64,000 nt of DNA from Ochotona princeps. Its lineage: Eukaryota. The translations under genes and the position numbers were made by a program. The DNA is taken from contig NC_080855.1 in the NCBI RefSeq assembly GCF_030435755.1, positions 24,658,445 to 24,722,444 on the forward strand, read 5' to 3'. Positions 38,945 to 49,688 of this stretch are shown here, piece after piece (position 1 is the first letter of the stretch; each line of letters starts with the position of its first letter). Under the pieces are notes generated by a model, which was given only the letters and a program-made list of their open reading frames with translations, was not told where the DNA came from and ran no database searches.

Positions 38945-39250
38945 CTTTTTTAAGATTTATTTATTTATTTTACTGGATAAATAAATGAGGCAGATATACA
39001 GACAGAAGGTTTACTCCCCAAGTGCCTGCAATGGCCAGAGCTGAGCTGATCTGAAGCCGGGAGTCAGGAGCTTCTTTCTGGTCTCCCATGCAGGTGCAGG
39101 GTTCCAAGGCTTTGGGCCATCCTCACTGCTTTCCCAGGCCACAAGCAGGGAGCTGAATGGGAAATGGAGCAGCTGGGATATGAACCAGTGCTCACATGGG
39201 ATCCCAGTGGATGCAAGGTAGGATTTAACCATTAGGCTATCGTGCCGGGC
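38945..39250 (-). repeat. C-repeat SINE, minus orientation
   Basis: SINE consensus blocks. Confidence 0.7.
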
Positions 39251-39254
39251 CCTG

Positions 39255-39465
39255 GCTGCTCCGCTTTTGATCTGGTTTGCTGCTTATGCACTCAGGTGCT
39301 AGCCCAAGGATGTGGGCCCCTGCTACTCCTGTGGGAGACCTGGATGCACCTCCTGGCCTCAGCCTGGATCTGCCCTTAGCTATTGTGGCTATCTGGGGAG
39401 TAAAGCTCTTTCTCCACCCTTCCCCTTTCTCTAGGACTCTCCCTTTCAAATAAATAAATAATGAA
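39255..39465 (+). repeat. C-repeat SINE fragment, plus orientation
   Basis: ..ctccctttcaaataaataaataatg. Confidence 0.55.
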
Positions 39466-39544
39466 ATAACCGAGCCATGAGTCACTACAGATCAGCTTCA
39501 GGGTCAGCTGCGGGTGGTTGATATGGTGGCTCTTTTTTTTTTTT

Positions 39545-39880
39545 TTTAAGATTTATTTATTTTTATTACAAAGTCAGATATACAGAGAGGAGGAGAGATA
39601 GAGAGAAAGATCTTCCGTCTGATGATTCACTCCCCAAGTGAGCGCAAAGGACGGTGCTGTGCCGATCCGGAGCCAAGAGCCTGGAACTTCCTCCCGGTCT
39701 CCCACACGGGTGCAGGGTCCCAATGCTTTGGGCCGTCCTCGACTGCTTTCCCAGGCCACAAGCAGGGAGCTGGATAGGAAGTGGAGCTGCCGGGATATGA
39801 ACTGTCACCCAAATGGGATCCCAGTGCGTTCAAGGCGTGGACTTGAGCCGCTAGGCCACAGCGCCGGGCCCAATATGGTG
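39545..39880 (-). repeat. C-repeat SINE, full length, minus orientation, preceded by T16
   Basis: reverse complement of the consensus, ends ..ggcccggcgctgtggcctagcggctcaag. Confidence 0.75.
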
Positions 39881-40189
39881 GCTCTTAAATAGCAGATGTC
39901 CCAAGCCAACCCCATGGGCTGCAGAGAGCTGCATGAGCACCTGCCCGCAGACCACACAGGGGCCTGTTGGTGCTACAGAGTCAGGGGCCCCAGCCCAGAG
40001 CTAACCCAGATCCCCAGTGACTTGGTGAGAGCAGCTCGGGTGGAAGGTAACCACTCTCAGGCAAGGCTGTTTGTTAAAGGCACCTGGGGACCTTCTAAAG
40101 CCACATCTCCGGGGAGTTGATATGAGCAGTCTGAAGCTTGGATAAAAGCTTAACTGTTTTTAAAAGCTTTCCACTGGGGTAGGGCGTGG

Positions 40190-40455
40190 TGGTTCAGTGA
40201 GCTAAGCTGCCACTCGTCACAACCACATCCTGGTTGAAGGAGTCCTGGCTGCTGTGCATCGTGTCCAACTTCCTGCTAATGCATTCTGGGAGGCAGCAGA
40301 TGATGGTCCAAGGGCTTTGGACCCCTGTGACCTGCATGGGACACCTACAGGGTGTCCCTGGCCTTGCACTAGCCGTGGAGGGCAGGTGGGGCGTGTCCCA
40401 GTAGATGTGAGCTCTCTCTGCCACTCTGCCTTTCAAGTAGATTCAAATAAACTTT
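40190..40455 (+). repeat. C-repeat SINE, plus orientation
   Basis: gggcgtggtggttcagtgagctaagctgccactcgtcacaacc.. Confidence 0.6.
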
Positions 40456-40984
40456 TTTTCTTTTTTTAAGCTGATCCTAATATACAAAGGTACTTTGACT
40501 CCCAAAAGTGCTTCCCAGGTTTTATACCCACCAGCAGGATCAAGGGCCTCTCACAGGACTCCTTGTCTTCCCCTCTGGACCGCTCCCTGTACAGAGCAAG
40601 TGCACAGTTGGGGTCCTCGGCAGGCAGGGCGCTTCACTCATTCTCCTCCAGCGCCCTCCCCTCAGGTCCCAGAGGGCCATTGAGCCCCACCCCTGGGCCC
40701 TGGGTCCAGCCAGCCATGAAGCTGGGAGAGAGGGAAGTGGCCCCCAGTCAACCTGAGGTTGTGGAACAGGAGTCCCTGCGGAGTCTTCCTTCGCTTGATG
40801 TGAAGATGAACATTCTGGTCTGTGTTTACCAAATGAGTCATCCCACAGGCCCGGAGAGAGCCTGTTGTCACCAGCAGCTTCCTAGTTTATCAAAATCACG
40901 CCCTACTTCAGGGAAACTGAGAAGTCGCAGCCTATCAATCTTCCAGACAGCAACATTTCAGGGACTTGCCCCTTTTGTTAATTA

Positions 40985-41260
40985 ATTTTAAAGGCACAGT
41001 AACAGAAAATGAGAATCTTCCTTCTGTGGGCTCATAGTTCCAACATCCAAGTTTGAGCCAGGCTGTCACCTGGAACTCCAACAAGGCCTCCGTCACGGGT
41101 GCTGGGGCCCTAGCACTTAGACCATCTTGTACTACTTTTCCAGGCACATCAGCAGGAAGCTGGAGGGGAAGCGGAGCAGCCAAGACTCAAACCAAATGGG
41201 ATGCCAGCATTGCTGGCTCAACCCACTCTGCCATGATGTCAGCCCTAGCAACACTTTGGT
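40985..41260 (-). repeat. C-repeat SINE, minus orientation
   Basis: SINE consensus blocks. Confidence 0.55.
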
Positions 41261-41624
41261 TAATTTTTTTTTAAATTACTTACTGGGCACACGTGTTGCA
41301 GTGGATTAAGCTGGAGCCTAGAAAGCCCTTATTCTATATCAAAAGTGCTGGTTCTAGTCCCAGCTACTCCACCTTGCTAAAATAAAAGGATGCCAGATAG
41401 CAGGCAGATGCCTAACTTGCAGCACCACAAGACTGGCCCCAGGAATCTTCTAAGAAAATCATCTGAGTTGCTACGAGTTATACCTTTGTTGGGAGAGGGG
41501 AAGGATGGGTGTGGGAGCAGAAAGGGGCCATTGTGCCAGCCCAGGACCCTGCCACTCCTGCATGCAGCCAATTCATGTTAATCATTGACAATGAGGAGTG
41601 CTGAGACTAGAAGTGACTCAGTCT

Positions 41625-41920
41625 GGGCCTGGCGTGGTGGCCTGGTGGTTAAAGTCCTTGCCTTGAATGCGCTAGGATCCCATATGGGCACCGATTCTAA
41701 TCCTGGCAGCCCTGCTTCCCATCCAGCTCCCTGCTTGTGGCCTGGGAAGACAGTCGAGGATGGCTCAAAGCCTTGGGACCCTGCACCTGTGTGGGAGACC
41801 TGGAGGAAGCTCCTGGCTCCGAATCAGCGCAGCACTGGCTGTTGTGGTCACTTGGGGAGTGAATCATTGGACGGAAAATCTTACTCTCTATCTGATCTTC
41901 CAATTTAAAAAAAAAAAGTG
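41625..41920 (+). repeat. C-repeat SINE, full length, plus orientation
   Basis: ggcctggcgtggtggcctggtggttaaagtccttgccttgaatgcgctaggatcccatatgggcaccgattctaatcctggcagccc.. Confidence 0.75.
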
Positions 41921-41949
41921 ACCCAGCCTGCAAAGCTTTCACTTTAGAT

Positions 41950-42195
41950 CTCTTTTTAAAATTTTTTTAACTTGTGTTCCATCTGCTGGTTCCCCAAATG
42001 TACACCACAGACAGGGCTGGGCCAAGCCCACGCCAAGAACCAGGAAGTTAATCCAGGTCTCCTAAGTGTGCAGGGATCCAGTACATGAGCCATAGCCTGC
42101 TGCTTCTCATGTAGGCACCAGCAGGAAGATGCAATTTCAAGTGGAGCTGGAATTTGAAGCCAGCTTTTCCCATACAGGTTGCACAGGGGCCCAGG
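41950..42195 (-). repeat. C-repeat SINE fragment, minus orientation
   Basis: ..ccatctgctggttccccaaatg.. Confidence 0.55.
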
Positions 42196-42429
42196 AATGT
42201 TCCAATCACACTGCCAAAGGCTAGTTCCTAGGTTCCTTTCACTAAACTGTGTCAGCATAGCATTTGGCTGGGATTCTTACTCCTGCTGTTTCCCAGACCT
42301 CGCCCTGGACCACGGAGTCAAAGTTCCTAGGACAGACAGACTCTGGGACTTGTAGGCAAGTCCCCCAGATAATAGCTGTTACTTGCTCTAAACTTCACCG
42401 CTGCCAGGCACTGAGGTTATCAGAAAGGC

Positions 42430-42705
42430 AGATTGATTGGGCCTGCACCATGACATGGTGGTCAGGCCTCTGCCTGTGGCACTGCTTCAATCCCAGCTGC
42501 TCTTTACTTATGGCCTAGGGAAGCAGCAGAGGATGCTTCGAGTCCTTGGACCCCTGCATCCACATGGCAGATCTGGAAGAAGCTCCTGGCTCCTGATCGT
42601 CTCAGCTCTGGCCATTGTCATTTGGGGAGTGGCCATTTGGGGATTAAACCTGTGGACAGAAGATGTCTTTCTTTCCTCTAACTCTGCCTTTCAATAAAAA
42701 TTATT
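42430..42705 (+). repeat. C-repeat SINE, plus orientation
   Basis: ..tcaatcccagctgctctttacttatggcctagggaagcagcagaggatgc.. Confidence 0.65.
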
Positions 42706-42735
42706 ATTATTTGAGGCAGACTGACAGGGAAAGAG

Positions 42736-42768
42736 ACACACACACACACACACACACACACATGCTCA
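42736..42768. repeat. (CA)n microsatellite at the end of a minus-orientation SINE fragment (42715-42955)
   Basis: acacacacacacacacacacacacacaca. Confidence 0.85.
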
Positions 42769-43429
42769 CATACTCTTCCATCTGCTGGTTCATTTCTCAA
42801 ATAGCCACCACAGCAAGGTGTGTGACAAGCTCCATTCTGGTCTCCCACATGCGTGGCAGGGGCCCAAGCAGCTAAGCCATCTCCCACTGTCTCCCCAGGC
42901 ACATCAGCAAGAAGCTGGATTGGAAGATCAGCGGCCATGACTCAACTGGCATTCTGAAGTGGGATGCGGACATGAGCAGTGGTTTCAACCACATGCCACC
43001 ATGGCGGCTCCCTGCCCAGGGCCTTTCACCCACTCATTGGCAGATCTGAGGGTGGAGTCAGTGTGCCCCCACTCCACCCCAGGTATCATGGTTGCAGAAT
43101 CCTGCCTGGCCAGCAATAATCCTGGAGCTGAAGGGCCTGGGAAGGGCAGGGGATTGCCCAGGAAACTGTGCCACAGGTCAGGGCTCACAATCCAGGCCTC
43201 TGTGCCCCCTAGAGATAGACAGGGTACACCCAGGGAGGTGGTTGAGCACCCAGCTACCTCAGTCCTCCGAATGGCTCCAGATCACCCACAGGAGGCGGCT
43301 GCCCCACCCCAGGGCATGCCACACAGGTTCTCAAGGAATCTGACCAGTGATAGCCAGCCTTACCTTCCTCACCAAGCGGTCCCCCAGGACAGAAGTGTGG
43401 TAGTGCGGGGGCACAAGGCTGTAGCTCAG

Positions 43430-43665
43430 TAAGCCACGCTGCTGCTTCCGTGGCTGGCAGCGCACATCATGGTATGTCCCCCATCCAGCTTCCTGCCAAT
43501 GCCCCCTGGGAAGGCAGCTGGAAGATGGCATATGGACTTGGGCTCCTGTCACCCATAGGAGACCAGGTGGAGTTGACTGGTTTCAGCCTGGCTGAAACTT
43601 GGATATTGGGCTACCTGGGAGTGAACCTGCAGATGGGGGAGGTCTGATACTCTGTTTTACAAAGA
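43430..43665 (+). repeat. C-repeat SINE fragment, plus orientation
   Basis: ..cccccatccagcttcctgccaatgccccctgggaaggcag.. Confidence 0.6.
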
Positions 43666-43814
43666 AGTTGGTATATCTTGAAAAAATTTTTTTAAAAAAC
43701 CAGGGGCCATCTTTCATATCCCTTTTCCAACAGCTCACTCTAGAGTGACAGCTCTGACTTCCCACAACACAGGCTCACAAGAGAGCTTCCTTGTTTTTTT
43801 TTAAATGTCATTGG

Positions 43815-44095
43815 GGCTCAGCGCCATAGCCTAGCGGCGTAAGTCCTCACCTTGCACATGTCAGGATCCCATATGGGCACCTGTTCTAATCCCAGCAGCC
43901 CGCTTTCATCCAGCTCACTGTTTGCAGCCTGGAAAGGCAGTCCAGGACGGCCCAAGGGCTTGGGACCCTGCACCCACATGGGAGACCCAGAAGCTCCTGG
44001 CTTCAGATCAGCACACCGCCAGCCATTGTGGACACTTGGGGAGTACATCAGTGGACGGAAGATCTTCCTCTCTGTATAACTGACTTTCCAAAAAA
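43815..44095 (+). repeat. C-repeat SINE, plus orientation, A10 tail
   Basis: ggggctcagcgccatagcctagcggcgtaagtcctcaccttgcacatgtcaggatcccatatgggcacctgttctaatcccagcagccc.. Confidence 0.75.
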
Positions 44096-44109
44096 AAAAG
44101 TCTTTGTCC

Positions 44110-44400
44110 CGGGGCTGGTGATGTAACAGGCTAATCCTCTTCGTGCAGCACCAGCATCTCATATGAGTGCCTGTTACAGTCCTGGCTGCTCTACTTGTCA
44201 TCCAGTTCCCTGCTAACGCACCTGGGAAAGCAGTAGAAGATGGCCCAAATCCTTGGGCCCCTGCTATTCACATAGGAGACCCAGAAGCTCCTGGCTCCTG
44301 GCTTTGGATCTGCCCAGCTGTAGCTCTTGGGGCAATCTGGCCATCGTGAACCAACTAAGATCTCTTTCTCCACAACCTAACTTTTAAGTAAAATAAAAAA
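44110..44400 (+). repeat. C-repeat SINE, plus orientation, abutting the previous copy's A-tail
   Basis: ..gtcctggctgctctacttgtcatccagttccctgctaacgcacctgggaaagcagtagaagatggcccaaatcc.. Confidence 0.7.
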
Positions 44401-44404
44401 AAAC

Positions 44405-44409
<5 letters not shown>

Positions 44410-44460
<51 letters not shown>
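44410..44460. repeat. (TA)n microsatellite, about 24 units, with adjacent (CA)n and (TA)n
   Basis: tatatatatatatatatatatatatatatatatatatatatatatataatatacacacacacacatacatatatatatat. Confidence 0.9.
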
Positions 44461-44486
<26 letters not shown>

Positions 44487-45171
44487 AAAATCGTTGTTCC
44501 TTTTATTTATTTGAGAGGCAAAAACAGAAACAGAGTGTACACCGACCCACTGGGCCACTCCCTAAATGCCTGCAAAGGCCCAAGGTGAGAGTATTACCAG
44601 CAGAAAGCTGGCCTTAGGAGTGGGGCCAGGACCCAAAGACAAAAAATTTAGGTATGAGATGCAGACATCAAAACCGGTGGCTTGAACAGCCATGCCAAAC
44701 GCCCACCCCAGCTTCCTATTTTTTCAAGACTTCCTCCCCTCAACCCCATCCTCCCTGCCCCAGAGATGAACCATGTCAGGTAAACTCAAGTTCACTCTGA
44801 GTGACTTCTGCAAGCACCAAGGCCCACAACAGGCACAGCCTGGCGGCAGGTACAGCGTCTGGCAGAGCTGAGAGCTCTGAGGAAGTGCCTGAGAGGACAG
44901 GCCCAAGTTGGGGTCCCTGGGAGGAACAGGTGGGAGAGTAGGCAAGCACCAGACTGGCTGGGAGTTGGAATGGATGCCCGCCAGTCCCCTAGCCCCAAAG
45001 GGAGAGCGGCCCCGGGGCTGCGAGGCAGCCATCTATCAGTTGATCTACTGTTGCTGTAAAAGCCACAGAACCCCAGCACAGAAAGCAAAAGCGCACACCC
45101 CTCTTCCCCTTTACACCTGCCACAGCAGAAGCAGGACCCAGGAGGCCTGCCTCAAGGGGACACAGACTCAC

Positions 45172-45290
45172 CAATATGCGGGGGGTTTCGGGGCCAGGAC
45201 CCTGTACTCCACAGTGCTGTGTTCCTGTCTACTATACACGCCACACCGGGGCCAGCCTCGGTCCGGGAAACTCCCTTGCCCAACCCCAGG
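45172..45290 (-). other. MVP: putative MVP non-coding exon 1 (5'UTR), spliced to the first coding exon at 32612
   Basis: minus-strand consensus donor ATATTG|GTGAGT at 45171-45166, directly downstream of a GC-box cluster; in human the MVP 5' end lies inside the PAGR1 3' region; the 5' boundary (TSS) is not determined. Confidence 0.4.
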
Positions 45291-45380
45291 GATCACTTCC
45301 CGGCCGTCGGGGGCGGGCCCGGGGCGGGGCCTGGCGACTTAAAGCCCAAGGGCCTTCCGTGCTGCCAGCAGCTCACACAC
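45290..45380 (-). promoter_or_regulatory. MVP: putative MVP promoter, TATA-less, with Sp1-type GC boxes
   Basis: ggccgtcgggggcgggcccggggcggggcctggcg; human MVP is known to have a TATA-less GC-box promoter. Confidence 0.4.
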
Positions 45381-45561
45381 AGCACCCCGCGGTCAAGCCA
45401 AGTTGGGGACCTTCTGCCTCAGCCAGCTCAGGGAACCACCTTGCTGGGTCAGAGGGCGGGCTGAATGGAGGGTGCTGGGTTAGCTTCAGCTCCATTTGGC
45501 TTTAATTTTCCATGTGGGCTCTCCGCTTCAGCTATCTCAAGGAGACAGGAACACTGCATCT

Positions 45562-45567
45562 TTTATT
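45562..45567 (-). terminator. PAGR1: PAGR1 polyadenylation signal (AATAAA on minus strand)
   Basis: plus-strand tttatt about 130 nt downstream of the PAGR1 stop. Confidence 0.55.
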
Positions 45568-45695
45568 TTAGCTCAGGCCCCTAGAGTCCATGTTCAACAA
45601 CAAAACAAACAGCACATGCCCCCTCTCCTGCAAGGAGCTGTGTGGGCCTTCCCGGCACCCCCTTGCAGGATTGTCTAGGCTCCAGTGGCCAGCAA

Positions 45696-46125
<430 letters not shown>

Positions 46126-46591
46126 GGGGCCTGAAGGCTTCCTTCCCCAGATGTGGAATCTTCTAGAGCATTTCCAACAGAGACATGACTGGTGTTTAAA
46201 GAATCATTTGCTGGCTGAGACTGGAAGCAGGGAGACCGGCTCGTGTGCTGGCCCAGGCGGGATGGTGGATTGGAGGAAGATGTGTCAATGGGGCGGCAGC
46301 AGATGGGGTTGGTAATGTGGGGGAGGCAGAGCCAGCTCATGGCACCTGCTGCTGGCTCAAGGGTCTGGGTAACAGATCAGGAATGACTGCAAAGTCAGAC
46401 ACTAGGGGTGAGAACCAGATCAGAGAACAGGGCTGTGGTTCCGGCAAGTGAGGAAGGGGAGGGACCAGCAACAGAGCTATCTGTAAAGTGTTGTTGTGCC
46501 GTGGGTTGGGGGCCCGCCCCAGCAGCCACCTGCAGGGTGGCACCTGAAGCATCAAGCAAAGGCTTCTGGAAGGGAGCCGTGCTGTGTGTAC

Positions 46592-46674
46592 CTGGCGTGC
46601 GTCTCCGATCAATCAGGGCGTCCTTGGGTGTCATCGGTTCATCATCAAAGTCAAATTCCGTGGGCATGTGTGGT
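46592..46674 (-). CDS. PAGR1: PAGR1 exon 2 ([27 protein letters not shown])
   Basis: ORF track 46395..47138; acceptor tctgccag|A; donor CCAG|gtacac. Confidence 0.8.
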
Positions 46675-46840
46675 CTGGCAGAGGCAGAGAGAGTGTGTGA
46701 GTGGTGGTCCTCCTCCCAGCACCCGCAGACAGGCCTGCTCATCCCACCATCTGCCCCCACCTCCCACTTCCCACCCCTGTCCCTGGCATTGGGAAGCAGA
46801 GTCCAGGGATGGAGTGTGAAGGTGATGAGCCTGCCCTCAC

Positions 46841-47301
46841 TTTTCCTCCTCTTCCTCTTTAGCTTCCGGCTCTTCATCTGATCTCTCCTCTTCGCTCTGG
46901 GCCTCGGGAGTGGGTGGCCGACGGGGCAGGATCTCGGCTTGTAGCTCCACGGTGCCATGGGCAGCCAGCAGTTCATAGAGCCGCTGGATTTCAGAAGGCG
47001 GGGGCATCCAGGCCTGCCCTTCCGCTGGCATCTCCACCTCGTCGTCGCTGCAGGGCACGCACCAGTCCTCGGCTTCTCCCTCCGCTGCCTCCTCCCCAGC
47101 AGCGCTCCGGGCTTCTCCTGGCACCTCCTCCGCCCCACATCCCCCCCGTTCGGCCTCCTCCTGGCCTTCCTCCCCCTCGTCCTCAGCCTTGCTGGCGGAG
47201 GCAGAGGGGCCTCCGGTATCCTCCACGGCCAAAGCCTGGAGGCCGGAGGTCACTTCTCCTTCTTCCGACAGAGGTGCCGTCGTGGCGGCTGCCAGGGACA
47301 T
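46841..47301 (-). CDS. PAGR1: PAGR1 exon 1 CDS ([63 protein letters not shown]; ATG at 47301-47299)
   Basis: ORF track 46837..47301; acidic Glu-rich N-terminal region matches human PAGR1; donor GAAAA|gtgagg; three exons total 744 nt = 247 aa plus stop. Confidence 0.85.
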
Positions 47302-47960
47302 AGGCCCTTAGGGACAAGGGAACCCGGAGGTGACAAGAGATACCAGAGGCCTAAGCCGGGGTCCTTGCCCCGCCCAGGGAGGGGGCTTCCTAGGGGGGTT
47401 TGAAGGAGTGTCTCTAACCAGTCAGGGTCTACTGGCAGCGTTCACGGCCAGAAAGCCAGTCCCCGGGAGGGGACTCTGGGGTCCCGTCCAAGGACCCCGC
47501 CCACGGCCCGAGGTCCCGTACTACGGCGTTTCCAAGAACCCGCAGCAAGCACTTTCTGAGGCGGCGATGGGCAGGCCCACTCTTCCTGCCTTTCCACCGG
47601 CCTCGCTCCACACCGGTGCCCGGAGCCCTCTCCCCAGGCCTGGAATTGGGGCCCCGACGACTTAGCTGCTGTACGCACCTGAACCTAACGCCCGCCTCCC
47701 GGGTTGCGCAGGGTCACAGTGCGCAGGCGCACAGAAATGGCGCGGGAGGCTATGCTCTAGTGAAAGCTACTGGGGAGACGCAAAGCAAGGGAAGGCTTGC
47801 ACATGCGCAGACCGACGCTGGGGGGGGGTGAGTGGGTGGGGCAGCCAACAGGTTTTGGCCCACATTAAAGATGGCCACCGAGACGGCGCATGCGTACACC
47901 CCACCCACTTGGGCTCTGCCTGTAAGGCGGCAGCACCGCTAGCCGGGCGGGACCGACGCA
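47300..47960 (-). promoter_or_regulatory. PAGR1: CpG island and promoter of PAGR1
   Basis: CpG-rich (..gcgcaggcgcac..cgcatgcgta..) immediately upstream of PAGR1 exon 1. Confidence 0.6.
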
Positions 47961-47996
47961 GGGATGAGACTAGAGGCGCCTCTCATGCAGTCTCCG

Positions 47997-48002
47997 TTTA
48001 TT
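47997..48002 (-). terminator. PRRT2: candidate PRRT2 polyadenylation signal (AATAAA on minus strand)
   Basis: plus-strand tttatt (ccgtttattgg) about 1 kb downstream of the PRRT2 stop; no closer signal seen. Confidence 0.4.
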
Positions 48003-49027
48003 GGTGTTTCAGACTCATGCAGCATCCAGCATACAAAAAGGGAGAATCCGTTTACCTAGTTTTATCCTCCTTCAGATTTTTTTCTTTTTTTTTCTTTTTT
48101 ATTTTTTTAGAAAACAGAATCCCCGCCAGTCCCGACCCACAAGGTAGCTGGGTCTTCAGCAGGTTGCTGCGTGCACCACACCTCCCTCCTAGAAAGGAAC
48201 GGCAGCGCTCCCCGCCCTTCCCTCGCTCCCTGTCCACCCCCGGGGAGCTTTGGTCCTAATGTTTGGGTTCTTTCTGTACCAAGCCTGAACCCCAATACCT
48301 TCAAGAAAGAAACTTGGGATTTGAAAGCCCAGGTGGGCGGGTCAACTCGGACCGCCCCTCCTCCCTCCAAGGTGTTCAGAGACAGTGCTTGGCAGACCAC
48401 CCTAGCACGGGAAGCCTGGCTGGCCAAGCTGTGTGTGGGGGGCCGGGTGGAGAACAGTCAGCGTGCCGGGCCAGAAACCCACTGTCCCAGACCACTCCCC
48501 TCCTCTCCCCTCTCCTAGCCTGATCTACACTTGATCTTAGCCAAAAAGCCAAGAAGTGATCCTAGCCTGATCTAAGTGCAGAATGAACAGGTGGAGAAAA
48601 GGGTGCTGAGGGGAGATGAGGAGGCTGGAAGAGACTGTGGGTGGCAGAAAGGCAAGGAGGAGAGGACTTAAGACAAGGACAACACCACTAGGTGGGAAAG
48701 ACTGGGTCAGATGAGGCGGGGAGCTCAGGAGGGAGCACAGAGTGGGAAGATGTTCACAGAGGTTTCCGGAAGTGCAGGGAGGGGCAGGCCCAGAGGCCAG
48801 AGGGGATGCAGGCAGAAATGCAGGCAGTGGGAGGCCTACGGTTGGCAGAGGAGCCTGGTAGGATGCAGGAACGGGAGAGGAGCTGTAAACAAGGCCGCTG
48901 GGGCTCCCTTCGTCCTAGGGGTGGGGGCCGGGGAATTCGACCGGGCTCCCCCCACCAGGGGAGGGATGGACCCATGGCAGCTCCCAACAGGAAGAAGAAA
49001 AGTCTCGGAGTGTGGGGGCAGAGCCCC

Positions 49028-49038
49028 TCACTTATACA
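49028..49038 (-). CDS. PRRT2: PRRT2 terminal coding exon (completes ..G, then V Y K, stop TGA)
   Basis: acceptor cccacag|TG; human PRRT2 ends ..INLGVYK; coordinates +/-2. Confidence 0.6.
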
Positions 49039-49174
49039 CTGTGGGAAAGGAAGGGGGGAAGACAGAGACAGGGCAACAAAGTCGAGGGGACAGACAGGAG
49101 AGAGCAGGGCAGGGGTTAGTAAGGCCGCCTTCCACACAACCCCCCAGCCTGCCCCGGCTTGTCCCGCAGCTCTA

Positions 49175-49318
<144 letters not shown>

Positions 49319-49688
49319 TTAGGGAGTAGTGCATAGGTCGGTTCAGGTTGGGAGAAGGCAGCCCAGCAGGTAAGAAGAGAGAGAGAGAGAGAAAGAGATA
49401 CAGTCATCCAGTCCCATGGGCACTGTGGGGACCGGGGAGGGGGAAGGTTGAAGCAGCAGGGCAAGAGGTCTCTCCCACCCATTGGAGAAGGGCACAGCCA
49501 GGTCCTGAAGGAGGTAAGCAAGGGCCCTGTCCCTGGGGAAGTGGGATCCCTGCAGAGAGGGGAAGGGACAGCATGGTTACTCGTGTGGTTTCGTGCCAGC
49601 GGTGGCCAACAGGACACTGAGAGCCAAGACAGGTGATAGGCCTCCCCCCTCCCGCCCCTGCCCAGGGCCAGGGTCCCGTGGGGCTCAC

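Noticed and set aside
46395-47138. 247-aa minus-strand ORF spanning PAGR1 intron 1 and exon 2
   Set aside because: Only residues 156-182 (PHMPTEF..RRRTP) are real PAGR1 exon 2. The rest is in-frame intronic read-through, used here only as a coordinate anchor.
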